Positions 19,946-29,410 of a stretch of 41,316 bases of DNA are shown here, piece after piece (position 1 is the stretch's first letter; each line of letters opens with the position of its first letter). Both the position numbers and the translations under genes were made by a program. The notes beneath the pieces were generated by a model that was not told the origin of the DNA, made no database searches, and was given only the letters and a program-made list of their open reading frames with translations. This DNA is from a virus: UHGV virus genome UHGV-0262680. One strand, 5' to 3'.

Positions 19946-20848
19946 TTATGCCGGGGTGGTGATGAACGGACTGACCACGATGTCCACATCCTTGTACCAG
20001 ATGTTGGAATCGCCGCCGTTAACCAGCATGGCGTCAATGATGCGCTTCGCGGCTGCACGGTTTTTCGGCCCCACCACAAGGGTGGTCGGGCGGATGCCCA
20101 GCGGTTCACCGTTGGTAGCCTTCATACCCAGCAGCAGATTGCTGGCCTTCTCGTAGTTCTCCGCTGTCAGTGCCGCACGGGAACCGACGGCGGTCTGCCA
20201 GAAGCCGAAGCCCGCATTGCAGCGACCGTCCACCCCGTAAAGGAACTCGTTATTCTTGAAGGTGTGCTCGCTGTTCAGATCATCCAGGGCTTCAAACTTA
20301 AAGGCGCGTCGCGTCTGCCAGATGATGGGTTTCAGTACCTGAGAATCATCAATCAGGAACCACGGTTCTCCCTGGTCTGATGCCGGGGTGCCGACAACGT
20401 TGCTGCAGGTGCCGTCGCCCAGCGGGTGGTCTTCATCAAAGAAGTTCTGACCGTCAAAACACAGGGTGTTAAACCCGGCACACAGCAGGGGGTAACACAG
20501 CTTGTCCGGGAACTCCGACGTCTGGCGGCCATAGCGTTCAGCGATAATGCTGTACTGACCAATCTGATCGTCTTCAATGTGTTCGCGTTTAACGCGGATC
20601 GAACTTTCCCAGGTTTTGTTCGCAAGGGTGTAACCATAACCGTCCAGCGTTGCCATCTGACGGGCGCTGACCCATTCTTTAATCTCCGGTAAATCCTTCA
20701 TCCAGCCGTAGGTATTGGAGGCGGACGAACTCGGGATTTCAGAGGCGATACGCTGCCACTGTGGGGTGACACCACTCAGACCACGGGTATAAGCGGCGCT
20801 CAGACAGGTGGTCAGCGCGTGAAGGACTTCGGAAGTGACTGCTCCCAT
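19946..20848 (-). CDS. Major head (capsid) protein (Mu T-like), 300 aa
   Basis: About 300 aa directly downstream of the protease/scaffold gene, as in Mu. Confidence 0.7.
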   Translation of the reverse strand: MGAVTSEVLHALTTCLSAAYTRGLSGVTPQWQRIASEIPSSSASNTYGWMKDLPEIKEWVSARQMATLDGYGYTLANKTWESSIRVKREHIEDDQIGQYSIIAERYGRQTSEFPDKLCYPLLCAGFNTLCFDGQNFFDEDHPLGDGTCSNVVGTPASDQGEPWFLIDDSQVLKPIIWQTRRAFKFEALDDLNSEHTFKNNEFLYGVDGRCNAGFGFWQTAVGSRAALTAENYEKASNLLLGMKATNGEPLGIRPTTLVVGPKNRAAAKRIIDAMLVNGGDSNIWYKDVDIVVSPFITTPA

Positions 20849-21810
20849 CAGTTATTCTCCTGTTTTGGTTTAGCGGCGAGGAACTCTTCCCCGGTAATAC
20901 CCATGCTGCGGCACATCGCCAGTTCGGCGTCGGTCAGTGTCTGCACGGGTTTATCCTTGCCCTGGCTGGGCTTGTCGTTGTTCACCAGCGGCTGTGCACC
21001 TCTGGTGTACTCCGCAAACTGTTTGCGGCCTTCTTCCGTACGGCAGGTGGCAAGGAACATGTCACGGTTTGCCGGGGCCACTTTTCCGGCTTCGATGGCC
21101 GCATCCACAAGCGCTTCTGCTTCCTTCTCTTCCAGTTGCTGAAGGCGTTGTTCTGCGGTTTCGGCACGGTTCAGTGCCAGATTGTGGGTTTCCACCGGCA
21201 CAAACTTCGTCAGATCAGGTGTCTGTGCGCGGTTCAGCGCCACCTGTTCGTTCTCCTGAAGTTGTTTAATGGCGGCCACGGTATCGTCCACCGTGGCGGA
21301 TTCAGCCAGCCCAAGCAGGCCGGTGATTTGCACAGGTACTGTCATCGGGTTTTTCTCCGTATTCAGTGCAGGAAAATCCAGGTTAGGTTTGTTGGTCAGC
21401 CCGACGCTGGACAGGCGTGTCACCGCACCGTCCGCGTCAAAGAAAAACGCCGGGCTGTAATAGCGGTAGCGGCGCTCGCTCAGCATCCACCGGGCGGACT
21501 CACTCCAGACAACACGGCCTTCAATGGTGCTGCTGTCCGTCACCCGCAGTTCCTCCACCCAGCCATACGCCGGAGCATCTTCACCCCGCGGGCCTTTAAT
21601 TTCGGTGGCGTGTTCAATGTCCACCGGAATTTTGATGTCGGACGAACGGGCAACCACCTCATGTGGATTGCGGTTAATCCACGTCCGGCCATCGCGCCCG
21701 GTGAACTCACCCGCAGGGACGAGTTCAAGCCATTCCGGCAGTTGAGCGGGTGTCAGCTCATTGATGGGTTCTGGCAGGGAAAAACACAGCGCCAGCAGTT
21801 CCGGTTGCAT
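20848..21810 (-). CDS. Head protease/scaffold protein (Mu I-like), 320 aa
   Basis: First gene after the F-I intergenic region; has a C-terminal charged, coiled-coil-like scaffold region. Confidence 0.65.
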   Translation of the reverse strand: MQPELLALCFSLPEPINELTPAQLPEWLELVPAGEFTGRDGRTWINRNPHEVVARSSDIKIPVDIEHATEIKGPRGEDAPAYGWVEELRVTDSSTIEGRVVWSESARWMLSERRYRYYSPAFFFDADGAVTRLSSVGLTNKPNLDFPALNTEKNPMTVPVQITGLLGLAESATVDDTVAAIKQLQENEQVALNRAQTPDLTKFVPVETHNLALNRAETAEQRLQQLEEKEAEALVDAAIEAGKVAPANRDMFLATCRTEEGRKQFAEYTRGAQPLVNNDKPSQGKDKPVQTLTDAELAMCRSMGITGEEFLAAKPKQENN

Positions 21811-21850
21811 GTCAGTCTCCGTCGTTTGGGGTTACTGACGGTCAGTATGC

Positions 21851-21890
21851 GGAAGGCAGAAAAAAAGCCGGATTTACCGGCTTCACTGAA
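21851..21890 (-). promoter_or_regulatory. Conserved 40-bp dyad-plus-T-run element, copy 1 (late-promoter or terminator candidate), 41 bp upstream of the I ATG
   Basis: Minus strand TTCAGTGAAGCCGGTAAATCCGGCTTTTTTTCTGCCTTCC; nearly identical to 29411-29450. Confidence 0.5.
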
Positions 21891-21905
21891 AACGGGAAGA
21901 ATACC

Positions 21906-21949
21906 CCCTTCAAAACCCCTTCAAAAACGCCACAGCGCCTTCAAAAACG
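21906..21949. repeat. Three direct repeats of CCTTCAAAA(ACG) in the F-I intergenic region
   Basis: CCCTTCAAAA at 21906, CCCTTCAAAAACG at 21917 and GCCTTCAAAAACG at 21937. Confidence 0.6.
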
Positions 21950-22024
21950 TCAGAATGCACATTCACGCCATCAGAATAAAAAACGCGTTTCTGATGCATT
22001 TCAGGGGGATTTACGGCGGGAGGG

Positions 22025-22789
22025 TTATTCACTGTCAAAACGGGCCTGTTTTGTCGCCAGCTGGCGCGCCAGCTCCTGCTCACGGTTTATGCCGGGATTG
22101 TAGTTCCAGCCCGGATCAATCCCTTCCGGCACATCTTCCTCTTCGCCCGTGCGTTTGTTCACCCAGCGGACAGTTCTGATTTCCGGCGCTTCGGTGTGAA
22201 TGGTGCCCTGTGCCGCCAGTTGCGCATATTCACCTCGGCTGACCTGACGGATGGTGCATTTGCAGCCCCAGCCGTTAGGGGCAAAATGCGTCTGCCAGAA
22301 CGGATGATCTACCGGCAGACACAGACGCGCCCATTTCACATGCTCCGCCCGGTGCTCGCGGGATGGCCCCAGCTCGTAAATCAGATACGGCATGGCCCGT
22401 TTTGTCCGCTGAATGCGTTCCCACTGGCCCGCTGCGCGGGCGGTGCGCATGTTGGTATCAAAAATCGTGCGGAGGCGGCGGTCGCTGCCCAGCTGTACGG
22501 TGCGCGTTTCTCCTGTCAGCGGATCATCCATCTCCTGTACGCCCCACCATCCGCGTTTTATCAGCAGCGGTTGCAGCGCCTCCCGGAACTCACTGAACGT
22601 CTGCCCGCTTTGCAGGGCGTCTTCCACAAGGGCTTTCACATCCGACAACAAATCCAGTTGCAGCATTTTTGCCACGGTGAAGCTGTTCCGGTGTTCTTCC
22701 CGCCACACATCCCGGTAATCAAAACCGGGGCGCAGCTTCTTCGCCTTCAGCCACGCCAGCGCCTCTTTCGGGATGAGGGTTTCACGCAT
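22025..22789 (-). CDS. Mu F-like head morphogenesis protein, about 254 aa
   Basis: Immediately downstream of the portal gene; ATG at 22789 with GGGAG upstream (the track start at 22846 is TTG). Confidence 0.65.
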   Translation of the reverse strand: MRETLIPKEALAWLKAKKLRPGFDYRDVWREEHRNSFTVAKMLQLDLLSDVKALVEDALQSGQTFSEFREALQPLLIKRGWWGVQEMDDPLTGETRTVQLGSDRRLRTIFDTNMRTARAAGQWERIQRTKRAMPYLIYELGPSREHRAEHVKWARLCLPVDHPFWQTHFAPNGWGCKCTIRQVSRGEYAQLAAQGTIHTEAPEIRTVRWVNKRTGEEEDVPEGIDPGWNYNPGINREQELARQLATKQARFDSE

Positions 22790-24353
22790 GAGCAGTGTCT
22801 CCCAGTGCTCGCGCCTTAAAGCACACCTCTGCCAGTTGCAGGGCAAAGTCGTCCGCGTTCAGCGTTTCCTGAAGCTCAGGCAGGCGTTTCAGAAAGTCAT
22901 CAAAACTGTCGCATTCCTGCGCCAGTGTCAGCACCGGGTTCGTGAACGCCTCGCCGGTTTTCTGCCAGTCACGCAGGGCATCATCCACCATCTGTGCCAG
23001 TTCGTCGGGGTGTTCCCGGTTCAGGGCGACGCGCTCACGGTTCATCGCCATATCACCTGGCACCCCGGCAGACACAGGATGCAGAACTTCCGCCCCTTCA
23101 TCCGGTTCAGCAAAACCGAACCGGTCCCGCAGCTCCGATTCCTGAACCCGCAGCCCCCGGTCAATCAGCGGCACGACGGCGTCTGTCAGCGCCTTCAGAT
23201 CTTCTGCTTCACTGATACGCAGAACAACACGGGGGTAGTGCGCCTGTGTCCCGTAGTTGGCCTCGATGTAGGGACGTACCAGATATTCGTTCAGCGTGTT
23301 AGCCAGCTGCCGCGCATCCCAGCGCACAATGTCCATGCGCACCTGATTGTGCACGTCCGCCTGTGAACGCGAACTGCCGTTATCCGTGGTCATGGTCTGC
23401 CCCAGCACAGCCTTACTGATTTGCGCATCACACCATTCCGCCATTTCACGGAACAGTGCACCGCCGTTATTCCGGCTGGCGGTTTCCTGCATCTCCAGTT
23501 GCATGGACTGCGGAATGGCACACCCGGCATCCGAGGCAATGGAGGCAATCGCGTCAATCAGCACGCGGATTTGCTCCTCCGTGGCGTTGGGGCCGTATTT
23601 CCCCACCGTGACCGGAATGCCGAATTTTTCCGCAAATGCCCACCAGTCACGTACGGTAAAGGATTTCAGCATGTACATTACCGCCACCAGACGGGCCAGA
23701 CCGTTACGCAGCGGCAGACCGGATTTCAGACGCGGCTGGTGAACAATGAATTTTCCCGGTGTCAGCGGTACGCCATCCACCGGCTCATCGTCAGTCAGCA
23801 GGCGGAACTGGCGCAGCGTGGGCTTTTCGGCTTTCAGAAAACGGGGATCAACCCACTCATAATCACGGGGCACCCAGTGGTTGTTGCGGGTGTTCCAGAG
23901 AATTTCACAGACCGCCACACCTTTTCCCAGCCCGTCGAGCAAATCAAACAACAGTTCGGGAATTTGCGGAGCGTCCATCAGCGCCCGGATGGCGTCCGCC
24001 AGCTGCACGTCGGCATCGTCATCACTGGCGGCAACCACCACCGGTTCGATACCGGCTACCGTCAGCTTGCGGGTGCGCAACACCGAAGCGTAATGCAAAT
24101 CGCGTTCTTCCATCTCTTCGGCAAGGATAAAAAAATCACGTGTGATACCGTCGGCAGCATTGCGCAGAATACCTGCCAGCCTGCCGGGATTCAGCCCGGA
24201 AGCGACACTGATGCCCGGCGAGGCCGAGCGCACACCTGCCTGACGCGGACGGGCCTGTACTTCATCGAGCCTCTCTTTTTTCAGCGTATCTTCCTCACCG
24301 GTTGCCGGGTTCAGCAGACGGCGAACGGCTCCGGCCAGTTGTTTCAGGTTCAC
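22782..24353 (-). CDS. Portal protein (Mu H-like), 523 aa, GTG start
   Basis: Directly downstream of the large terminase gene; GTG at 24353 preceded by GAGGGAGG. Confidence 0.75.
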   Translation of the reverse strand: MNLKQLAGAVRRLLNPATGEEDTLKKERLDEVQARPRQAGVRSASPGISVASGLNPGRLAGILRNAADGITRDFFILAEEMEERDLHYASVLRTRKLTVAGIEPVVVAASDDDADVQLADAIRALMDAPQIPELLFDLLDGLGKGVAVCEILWNTRNNHWVPRDYEWVDPRFLKAEKPTLRQFRLLTDDEPVDGVPLTPGKFIVHQPRLKSGLPLRNGLARLVAVMYMLKSFTVRDWWAFAEKFGIPVTVGKYGPNATEEQIRVLIDAIASIASDAGCAIPQSMQLEMQETASRNNGGALFREMAEWCDAQISKAVLGQTMTTDNGSSRSQADVHNQVRMDIVRWDARQLANTLNEYLVRPYIEANYGTQAHYPRVVLRISEAEDLKALTDAVVPLIDRGLRVQESELRDRFGFAEPDEGAEVLHPVSAGVPGDMAMNRERVALNREHPDELAQMVDDALRDWQKTGEAFTNPVLTLAQECDSFDDFLKRLPELQETLNADDFALQLAEVCFKARALGDTAHA

Positions 24354-25885
24354 AGTAAACCTCCCTCATTTTTCAGGCCGCGTGTCAGTTTCATCTGGCG
24401 GCGCGTGTTGCCTTCTTCCGGTTTCGCCGGGCGGTTCAGGCGGTGCAGCTCGTAACGGTGGCAGTCATCCTTGCTGGCAAGGAAGCCCAGGAAAATGGCC
24501 ACAGCGGCATCGCCGTGACGCTTGCGGCCATCGCTACCTTTAGTACGGGCATCGTCAATGCCGGGAACACCACGCAGTAACTGAATGGCCCCGAGGTCAT
24601 TGATCACGTCTTCATGCTTCGGAAGGATCAGCTCATCATCTTCAAACGCTGCACGGAAACGGGGCATGTTTTCGCGGTAGAACGCCACGGACAGCATCAC
24701 CTGTTCCACCTCATCGCCGTACCGCTCCGCCGCCTGTTCTGCCAGATACTGACCATTCCCCCGTGCATCCATTTTGATACCGTCACGACGGGGCAGACGA
24801 TCGCAAAGCCAGAACAGCACCTGCTCCTGCTGTTTAAACGGCATATTGCCAAGCTCAACCAGGAACGGCACCTCGCGGGTGGTGTCATCGTTCACCGTCA
24901 CAGGGGCCAGTACGGTCAGGTCACCCGAACGCGCAAAGTCTTCCCCCAGACAGTGGCGCAGGTTCTTCGGGAGTTTTTCCAGCTCGGGGCGCACCACCGT
25001 CTCCAGCCATTCCCGGATTTCTGCCCGGCGCTGGCTTTCTGTCAGTGCGTTAAATTCCGGTGTGCCGGTAAAGCGCAACACTTTCCCGGTGCCACGGGCC
25101 GCACGTTCACGCAGTGAGCGAGGGATATACGTGCCGCCGCCGTTTTTCGGGACGCAGTAGTATTCCTCCAGGGCGTCTTCGCGGGTGGCAGTATTTCTCA
25201 GCAGACCTTCTTTCCATTCCGCCTCGGCCTCCGGTGACCACACCATGCCGCGCACCTGACAGATACGCCGGTACAGCCCGTCATTGCAGGCATCATCCAG
25301 CGTGATGGTGTGAATACGGTAATCTTTTTTGCCTGCGCGGCTTTCCTGAATCAGCTGGTTAAACGGGTTGTCCACGCCGTCATGGGTAGAGATAAGGCGA
25401 ACCTTACCGCCCCACGTGGTCAGTGGTGTGACCGCCTTGAGTACCTCATCCAGTTGTTCATGAAACGCCGCCTCGTCGATGGTGACATTCCCCTGCATCC
25501 CGCGAATGTTGCCCGGATTACTGGACAGCGCCTTGACCTTAAATCCGCTGGCGAAGTACACGACGAACGTCAGAATGTCCTTGTCTTCGTCGGTGATCAC
25601 TTCCTCGCGGATTTCTTCTGCTGCCGCATTAAACGCTTTCGCCCACATTGCCACGGCGTCGATAAATTCGCGGGCCATCTCCTTATTCGAACCGATATAA
25701 AAGTGATCGCTCCCGCCGTTTTCCTTCTTCAGTGATGCGGTCAGTGCCGCATCTGCCGCTTCTGCCCAGGTTAAACCGGTACGGCGGGATTTCTCGGCGA
25801 TTTTCAGTTTTGAATCATCCGCAACCCAGCGTTTCTGATACGGCAGCAGAACATCGGATTCACTGAACGTGTTCATCTGTGTCAT
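24350..25885 (-). CDS. Terminase large subunit, 511 aa
   Basis: About 510 aa directly upstream of the portal gene; Walker-B-like VTIDEAAF motif. Confidence 0.7.
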   Translation of the reverse strand: MTQMNTFSESDVLLPYQKRWVADDSKLKIAEKSRRTGLTWAEAADAALTASLKKENGGSDHFYIGSNKEMAREFIDAVAMWAKAFNAAAEEIREEVITDEDKDILTFVVYFASGFKVKALSSNPGNIRGMQGNVTIDEAAFHEQLDEVLKAVTPLTTWGGKVRLISTHDGVDNPFNQLIQESRAGKKDYRIHTITLDDACNDGLYRRICQVRGMVWSPEAEAEWKEGLLRNTATREDALEEYYCVPKNGGGTYIPRSLRERAARGTGKVLRFTGTPEFNALTESQRRAEIREWLETVVRPELEKLPKNLRHCLGEDFARSGDLTVLAPVTVNDDTTREVPFLVELGNMPFKQQEQVLFWLCDRLPRRDGIKMDARGNGQYLAEQAAERYGDEVEQVMLSVAFYRENMPRFRAAFEDDELILPKHEDVINDLGAIQLLRGVPGIDDARTKGSDGRKRHGDAAVAIFLGFLASKDDCHRYELHRLNRPAKPEEGNTRRQMKLTRGLKNEGGLL

Positions 25886-26463
25886 GCGCTAATCCCCAGA
25901 ATGTCCCGTTTGATGGTGTCAGCCGCACCGCCTGACAGACCGCCCGTTCTGACCAGCTCTTCGGTTTTTTCTGCCATCTCCTGCGCAAACGCATCGCGGA
26001 TCGCTTTCTCGCGTTTATGGCTGGTCATGGCGGCTGCTTCCAGACGCTGGGCAACCAGCGCCAGTTGGCCCAGCGCCTTCGGTGCAACGGGCTTGTCGTC
26101 TTCTGCCATCGACATGGACGTTTCAAAGGCCAGCGTTTTTACAAACTCCATCAGCAGCTTGCCGACGTCTGACGTCGGCGCGGAACCCAGCTTTGCCGCC
26201 CAGACCTCGGCCATCTCGCGGGAGGCGCGGATTTTGGCCCCGACTTTTTCCATACGGCTGGCATAGCGGTTTAAGCCCGTCCGGCTTAACTGCATCTCTT
26301 CCGGCAGGTTGTGTTCGTCAATCAGGGTGTTGATGGCTTCGCGGATTTCTTCCTGCGTGTGCCGCTTTTCCCGCAGCATCTGATGTAACTGCTCCCGGAT
26401 GCTGTCCGGGAGTAAATCCACTTTGGAAAGACGGCCACGGGTGGGGCGTTGTTCATTTTCCAT
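25882..26463 (-). CDS. Putative terminase small subunit / DNA-packaging protein, 193 aa
   Basis: Immediately upstream of the large terminase gene. Confidence 0.4.
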   Translation of the reverse strand: MENEQRPTRGRLSKVDLLPDSIREQLHQMLREKRHTQEEIREAINTLIDEHNLPEEMQLSRTGLNRYASRMEKVGAKIRASREMAEVWAAKLGSAPTSDVGKLLMEFVKTLAFETSMSMAEDDKPVAPKALGQLALVAQRLEAAAMTSHKREKAIRDAFAQEMAEKTEELVRTGGLSGGAADTIKRDILGISA

Positions 26464-26740
26464 CTTCAGACCTCTGCGTTTTCAGACCGGCGTATATTTC
26501 TTCACGAACGGACTGAATATCCTTACTTAACAGCTTCCACAGCCGCGCACATGCCGGTGATGATCGCAGGGCGCGTTTCATGGGGGTATCCGGTGCATCC
26601 GGGTTCCAGGGCTTTCCTGTCTGTTTTTCGTATGCACGGACAATGGCGTTTTGCTCAATATCTGCCAGCACAAGGCAGTACGCCAGTTGCCGCACGACGG
26701 CCCGTTCTCCGCGACTTAACGGCTTCAGTTTTCGGGCCAT
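26453..26740 (-). CDS. Hypothetical protein, 95 aa
   Basis: ATG at 26740; in the operon between the lysis and packaging genes. Confidence 0.35.
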   Translation of the reverse strand: MARKLKPLSRGERAVVRQLAYCLVLADIEQNAIVRAYEKQTGKPWNPDAPDTPMKRALRSSPACARLWKLLSKDIQSVREEIYAGLKTQRSEDGK

Positions 26741-26742
26741 GC

Positions 26743-27036
26743 TCAGTCCCTCGCACGGGGTTTTTTAACGCCCGGAACGCCGGACAGGCCGTTTGCCACA
26801 TCCTCGCCGCTGCCGGTGATTTCAGCCACGTAACAGCCGCCCACATCAGACAGACGAACCAGCCCCTGCTCGCGAAGCCATGCAAGCTGAGTGCGCACCA
26901 CATCACGGGATACCTTATGACCGTAAGCCTGAAGGCAGGTCTGCAACACGGATTCATTCGCGCTGTCGCCACAGTCCAGCAGGGAACGCAGTAACACCAG
27001 ACGACGGTCTTCAGTGAGGATCTCTTTCATCGCCAT
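26743..27036 (-). CDS. Hypothetical protein, 97 aa
   Basis: ATG at 27036. Confidence 0.35.
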   Translation of the reverse strand: MAMKEILTEDRRLVLLRSLLDCGDSANESVLQTCLQAYGHKVSRDVVRTQLAWLREQGLVRLSDVGGCYVAEITGSGEDVANGLSGVPGVKKPRARD

Positions 27037-27341
27037 TAATTTTTTTCCTTTAACTCGTTCTCTAATAACAAATCGCTGATGCGGGATACCTGGCGGATGG
27101 ATGGCCCCAGTTCTTTGATTTCTCCCCGCAGATTGCTGATATCCAGTTGCAGGCGGTGGAACTCATCACGGTCAGGTAAATGGTGTACCTGGCTTTCCAT
27201 CACCGACACGCGGGAACGGAGTGAATCAAACTCTTCACGTTTGACGTAGGTTTTCGCCAGTATCAACTGAAGCAGGTTTATTCCTGTCATCAGCAATGCC
27301 CACAGAATGGGCCAGTTGGCTCTGATCATTTCCCAGGACAC
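27036..27341 (-). CDS. Membrane-anchored coiled-coil protein (i-spanin-like), about 101 aa
   Basis: N-terminal hydrophobic segment WPILWALLMTGINLLQLIL followed by a coiled-coil-like region; sits in the lysis region. Confidence 0.4.
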   Translation of the reverse strand: MSWEMIRANWPILWALLMTGINLLQLILAKTYVKREEFDSLRSRVSVMESQVHHLPDRDEFHRLQLDISNLRGEIKELGPSIRQVSRISDLLLENELKEKN

Positions 27342-27553
27342 GTTTTCCTCCTGCGTTCCCGAATATGCTGACAGTCAATACAGGTCACCACATCCGGCAG
27401 CGCCGCAAGGCGTTGTGCCGGAATAACGTTCCCACAGTCATTGCAGCAGCCCCGACTATGGGGCGCTTCTTTTGTCCGCGTCTGCCAGGCGTTAACGACG
27501 CTCTGACGTTCGTTCATAACCACTTCACTGATGCGGTCGATTTCGTCGGTCAT
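27326..27553 (-). CDS. TraR/DksA-type zinc-finger protein, 75 aa
   Basis: CCNDCGNVIPAQRLAALPDVVTCIDC, a C4 zinc finger typical of phage TraR-like proteins. Confidence 0.6.
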   Translation of the reverse strand: MTDEIDRISEVVMNERQSVVNAWQTRTKEAPHSRGCCNDCGNVIPAQRLAALPDVVTCIDCQHIRERRRKTCPGK

Positions 27554-28158
27554 TTCGGCCCCGCAGAGATTTTGTGACGGCTCGATTTGCTGTACCGGGC
27601 AAAGCCGTCCATGGTTCTTACTCCGAGATAGCCCAGCGCCGGGGTAAGCAACATCAGCGTGATATCCCAGTCCGGTGACGGCATATGCAGTGTGATACCT
27701 CTGGCACCGGCAATGGCTCCGGCAATCTGGCCACAGGAGAGCAACAGCACATAGGTCAGACTGCTGTAACAGGAAAGACGGGCCAGCAGCGGGCGCGTCT
27801 GGCGCACATAGCTGTCCGCAGCGTTGTCACCATTGCGGATGGTTTCCTGCTGTTCGTGATGCGCGGCCTGCTCGTCAGCCAGCACCAGCTTCTGCCGTTC
27901 CACCTCAAGCTGTTGTAACTGGACTTTCAGCGTTTCCAGTTGCATCAGTTGCTCCGGTGACAACGCCGTCAGTTGTTGTTCCAGAATGCGTTGCTGTTCG
28001 GTAACCGGCAGGCTTTCCCGGACGCTTTCCACCATACCGGCCACCGAGTCAGCGGCGGCAGATGTGCTACCACCAAACCAGCGCCCGACGGAACGAATCA
28101 GCCCCGGCCCGGCTTTCAGCAGAACAGAGGCGATGCCTGAAAGGGTTAACGGATCCAT
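27550..28158 (-). CDS. Lysis-associated membrane protein with C-terminal hydrophobic segments, 202 aa
   Basis: Coiled-coil middle region and two C-terminal hydrophobic stretches. Confidence 0.4.
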   Translation of the reverse strand: MDPLTLSGIASVLLKAGPGLIRSVGRWFGGSTSAAADSVAGMVESVRESLPVTEQQRILEQQLTALSPEQLMQLETLKVQLQQLEVERQKLVLADEQAAHHEQQETIRNGDNAADSYVRQTRPLLARLSCYSSLTYVLLLSCGQIAGAIAGARGITLHMPSPDWDITLMLLTPALGYLGVRTMDGFARYSKSSRHKISAGPK

Positions 28159-28556
28159 GAATCCCCCTTATGAAAACTGCGCTGATGTTTATAAAGTGCC
28201 GCGCAAAAGATACCGCCCAGCCAGAACGCCAGCTGATAAGGCTCCTTCAGATAAAGAAGGCCGAATGTCAGCATGAAAAGACCAACGGCCCAGACCACCC
28301 ATGACCACACGACAATTCGAAGGGAGGCGGCCCGGAAACGCCTTTTGGGTTGCAGGCGATTAGGTACGTTGCCCAGCGAGAAACTGTGAATCAGGCAGAG
28401 TGTCGCGCCGTATGCCAGCACCATGACCGCAAACGCCCGCCATCCGGCAAAACAGCTCGCCAGAAAAAGTACTGCCGACAGCCCCAGAAACGACCACTGG
28501 TACAACATAAAGCGGGAGTAAATAACGCGAACAAAAAGACTATTCATTCTGTGCAT
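28146..28556 (-). CDS. Multi-pass membrane protein (holin-like candidate), about 136 aa
   Basis: From the ATG at 28556: MHRMNSLFVRVIYSRFMLYQWSFLGLSAVLFLASCF..., with about four hydrophobic segments. Confidence 0.4.
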   Translation of the reverse strand: MHRMNSLFVRVIYSRFMLYQWSFLGLSAVLFLASCFAGWRAFAVMVLAYGATLCLIHSFSLGNVPNRLQPKRRFRAASLRIVVWSWVVWAVGLFMLTFGLLYLKEPYQLAFWLGGIFCAALYKHQRSFHKGDSWIR

Positions 28557-28767
28557 TGAGTTTTTCCTTGTACTTCTGGCACTGCCAGAAAATGTCCCGT
28601 GTATCCACGGAGTTCCAGCCACGCATGTAGTAGCTGGCGTGTGTACCGTCATGACCGGTATAGTCCACCGGCTCTGGCGGCGGACCTCCGTCCATACGAT
28701 GTAAAACCTCCTGACGCAGGCGGTCACGCCGCCCGGCTCTTAGCGAGGCATCCCAGCCTTTACCCAT
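28540..28767 (-). CDS. Hypothetical protein, 75 aa
   Basis: ATG at 28767, just after the lysin stop. Confidence 0.3.
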   Translation of the reverse strand: MGKGWDASLRAGRRDRLRQEVLHRMDGGPPPEPVDYTGHDGTHASYYMRGWNSVDTRDIFWQCQKYKEKLNAQNE

Positions 28768-28768
28768 A

Positions 28769-29365
28769 TCACCCCCGCGTGGCGGACATGATGCCTAAAG
28801 GGGTATCGATGATTTCCAGACAGGCGTCGGTCAGCTTTTCCATGCGGTTAAACCAGCCGTTCAGGTATTTACCCTGGGCGGGTTTTGACTTGATGATGTC
28901 GGCATAAAAGCGGGAACGACGGACAATGCAGCGGGCCAGCAACCAGTCCGGGGTGGACAGACTCACGGCCTTACGGGTACGCGGGCCGATGATGCCGTCA
29001 GCATCCACATCAGCGGCTTCCTGCAAAATCCTGATAGCTTTTTTAACGCCATGCTGAACGGCTGCATCGAACACAAACATCGCCACGCCATCAGGCCACT
29101 GGTCACATCCGGCAGGCAGCCAGTAATCGCGCCAGTAAATCTGCGCGACATGTTCGCGGGTTAAATCCCTGATGCGGGTATCCGGTTTACCGTCGCCGCT
29201 GACATCGGTTTTGCCGTCAATCACACCGTCGCGGCGGTCAGAAATGCCGTATTTGGTTTCGCCGCCACGGTCAGTGGGGTCATTGACATAGACGCCTTCG
29301 ATATCGGGACGCAGAATAAAATTCAGCGCATGTTCAAAGGCCGGGGAGAATTTCAGATTTTCCAT
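28769..29365 (-). CDS. Endolysin, GH108-type N-acetylmuramidase with peptidoglycan-binding domain, 198 aa
   Basis: Motifs EGVYVNDPTDRGGETKYGI and DVDADGIIGPRTRKAV, typical of GH108 plus PG-binding phage lysins. Confidence 0.7.
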   Translation of the reverse strand: MENLKFSPAFEHALNFILRPDIEGVYVNDPTDRGGETKYGISDRRDGVIDGKTDVSGDGKPDTRIRDLTREHVAQIYWRDYWLPAGCDQWPDGVAMFVFDAAVQHGVKKAIRILQEAADVDADGIIGPRTRKAVSLSTPDWLLARCIVRRSRFYADIIKSKPAQGKYLNGWFNRMEKLTDACLEIIDTPLGIMSATRG

Positions 29366-29410
29366 AAAAGCACCTGTGAAGCAGAGTTAAACGTGGTCTG
29401 CTTCATAGTG

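Noticed and set aside
21851-21890. Reading the conserved hairpin plus T-run purely as a terminator
   Set aside because: Not rejected outright, but both copies sit only 40-50 bp upstream of the first gene of a late block and are followed by -10-like hexamers, so a promoter-associated role is at least as likely.
21136-22179. Long plus-strand ORF (347 aa) and similar ones at 23421-24455 (344 aa) and 14438-15199 (253 aa)
   Set aside because: They lie entirely antisense to well-supported head, portal and tape-measure genes in high-GC DNA and have no convincing ribosome-binding site; they are typical shadow ORFs.
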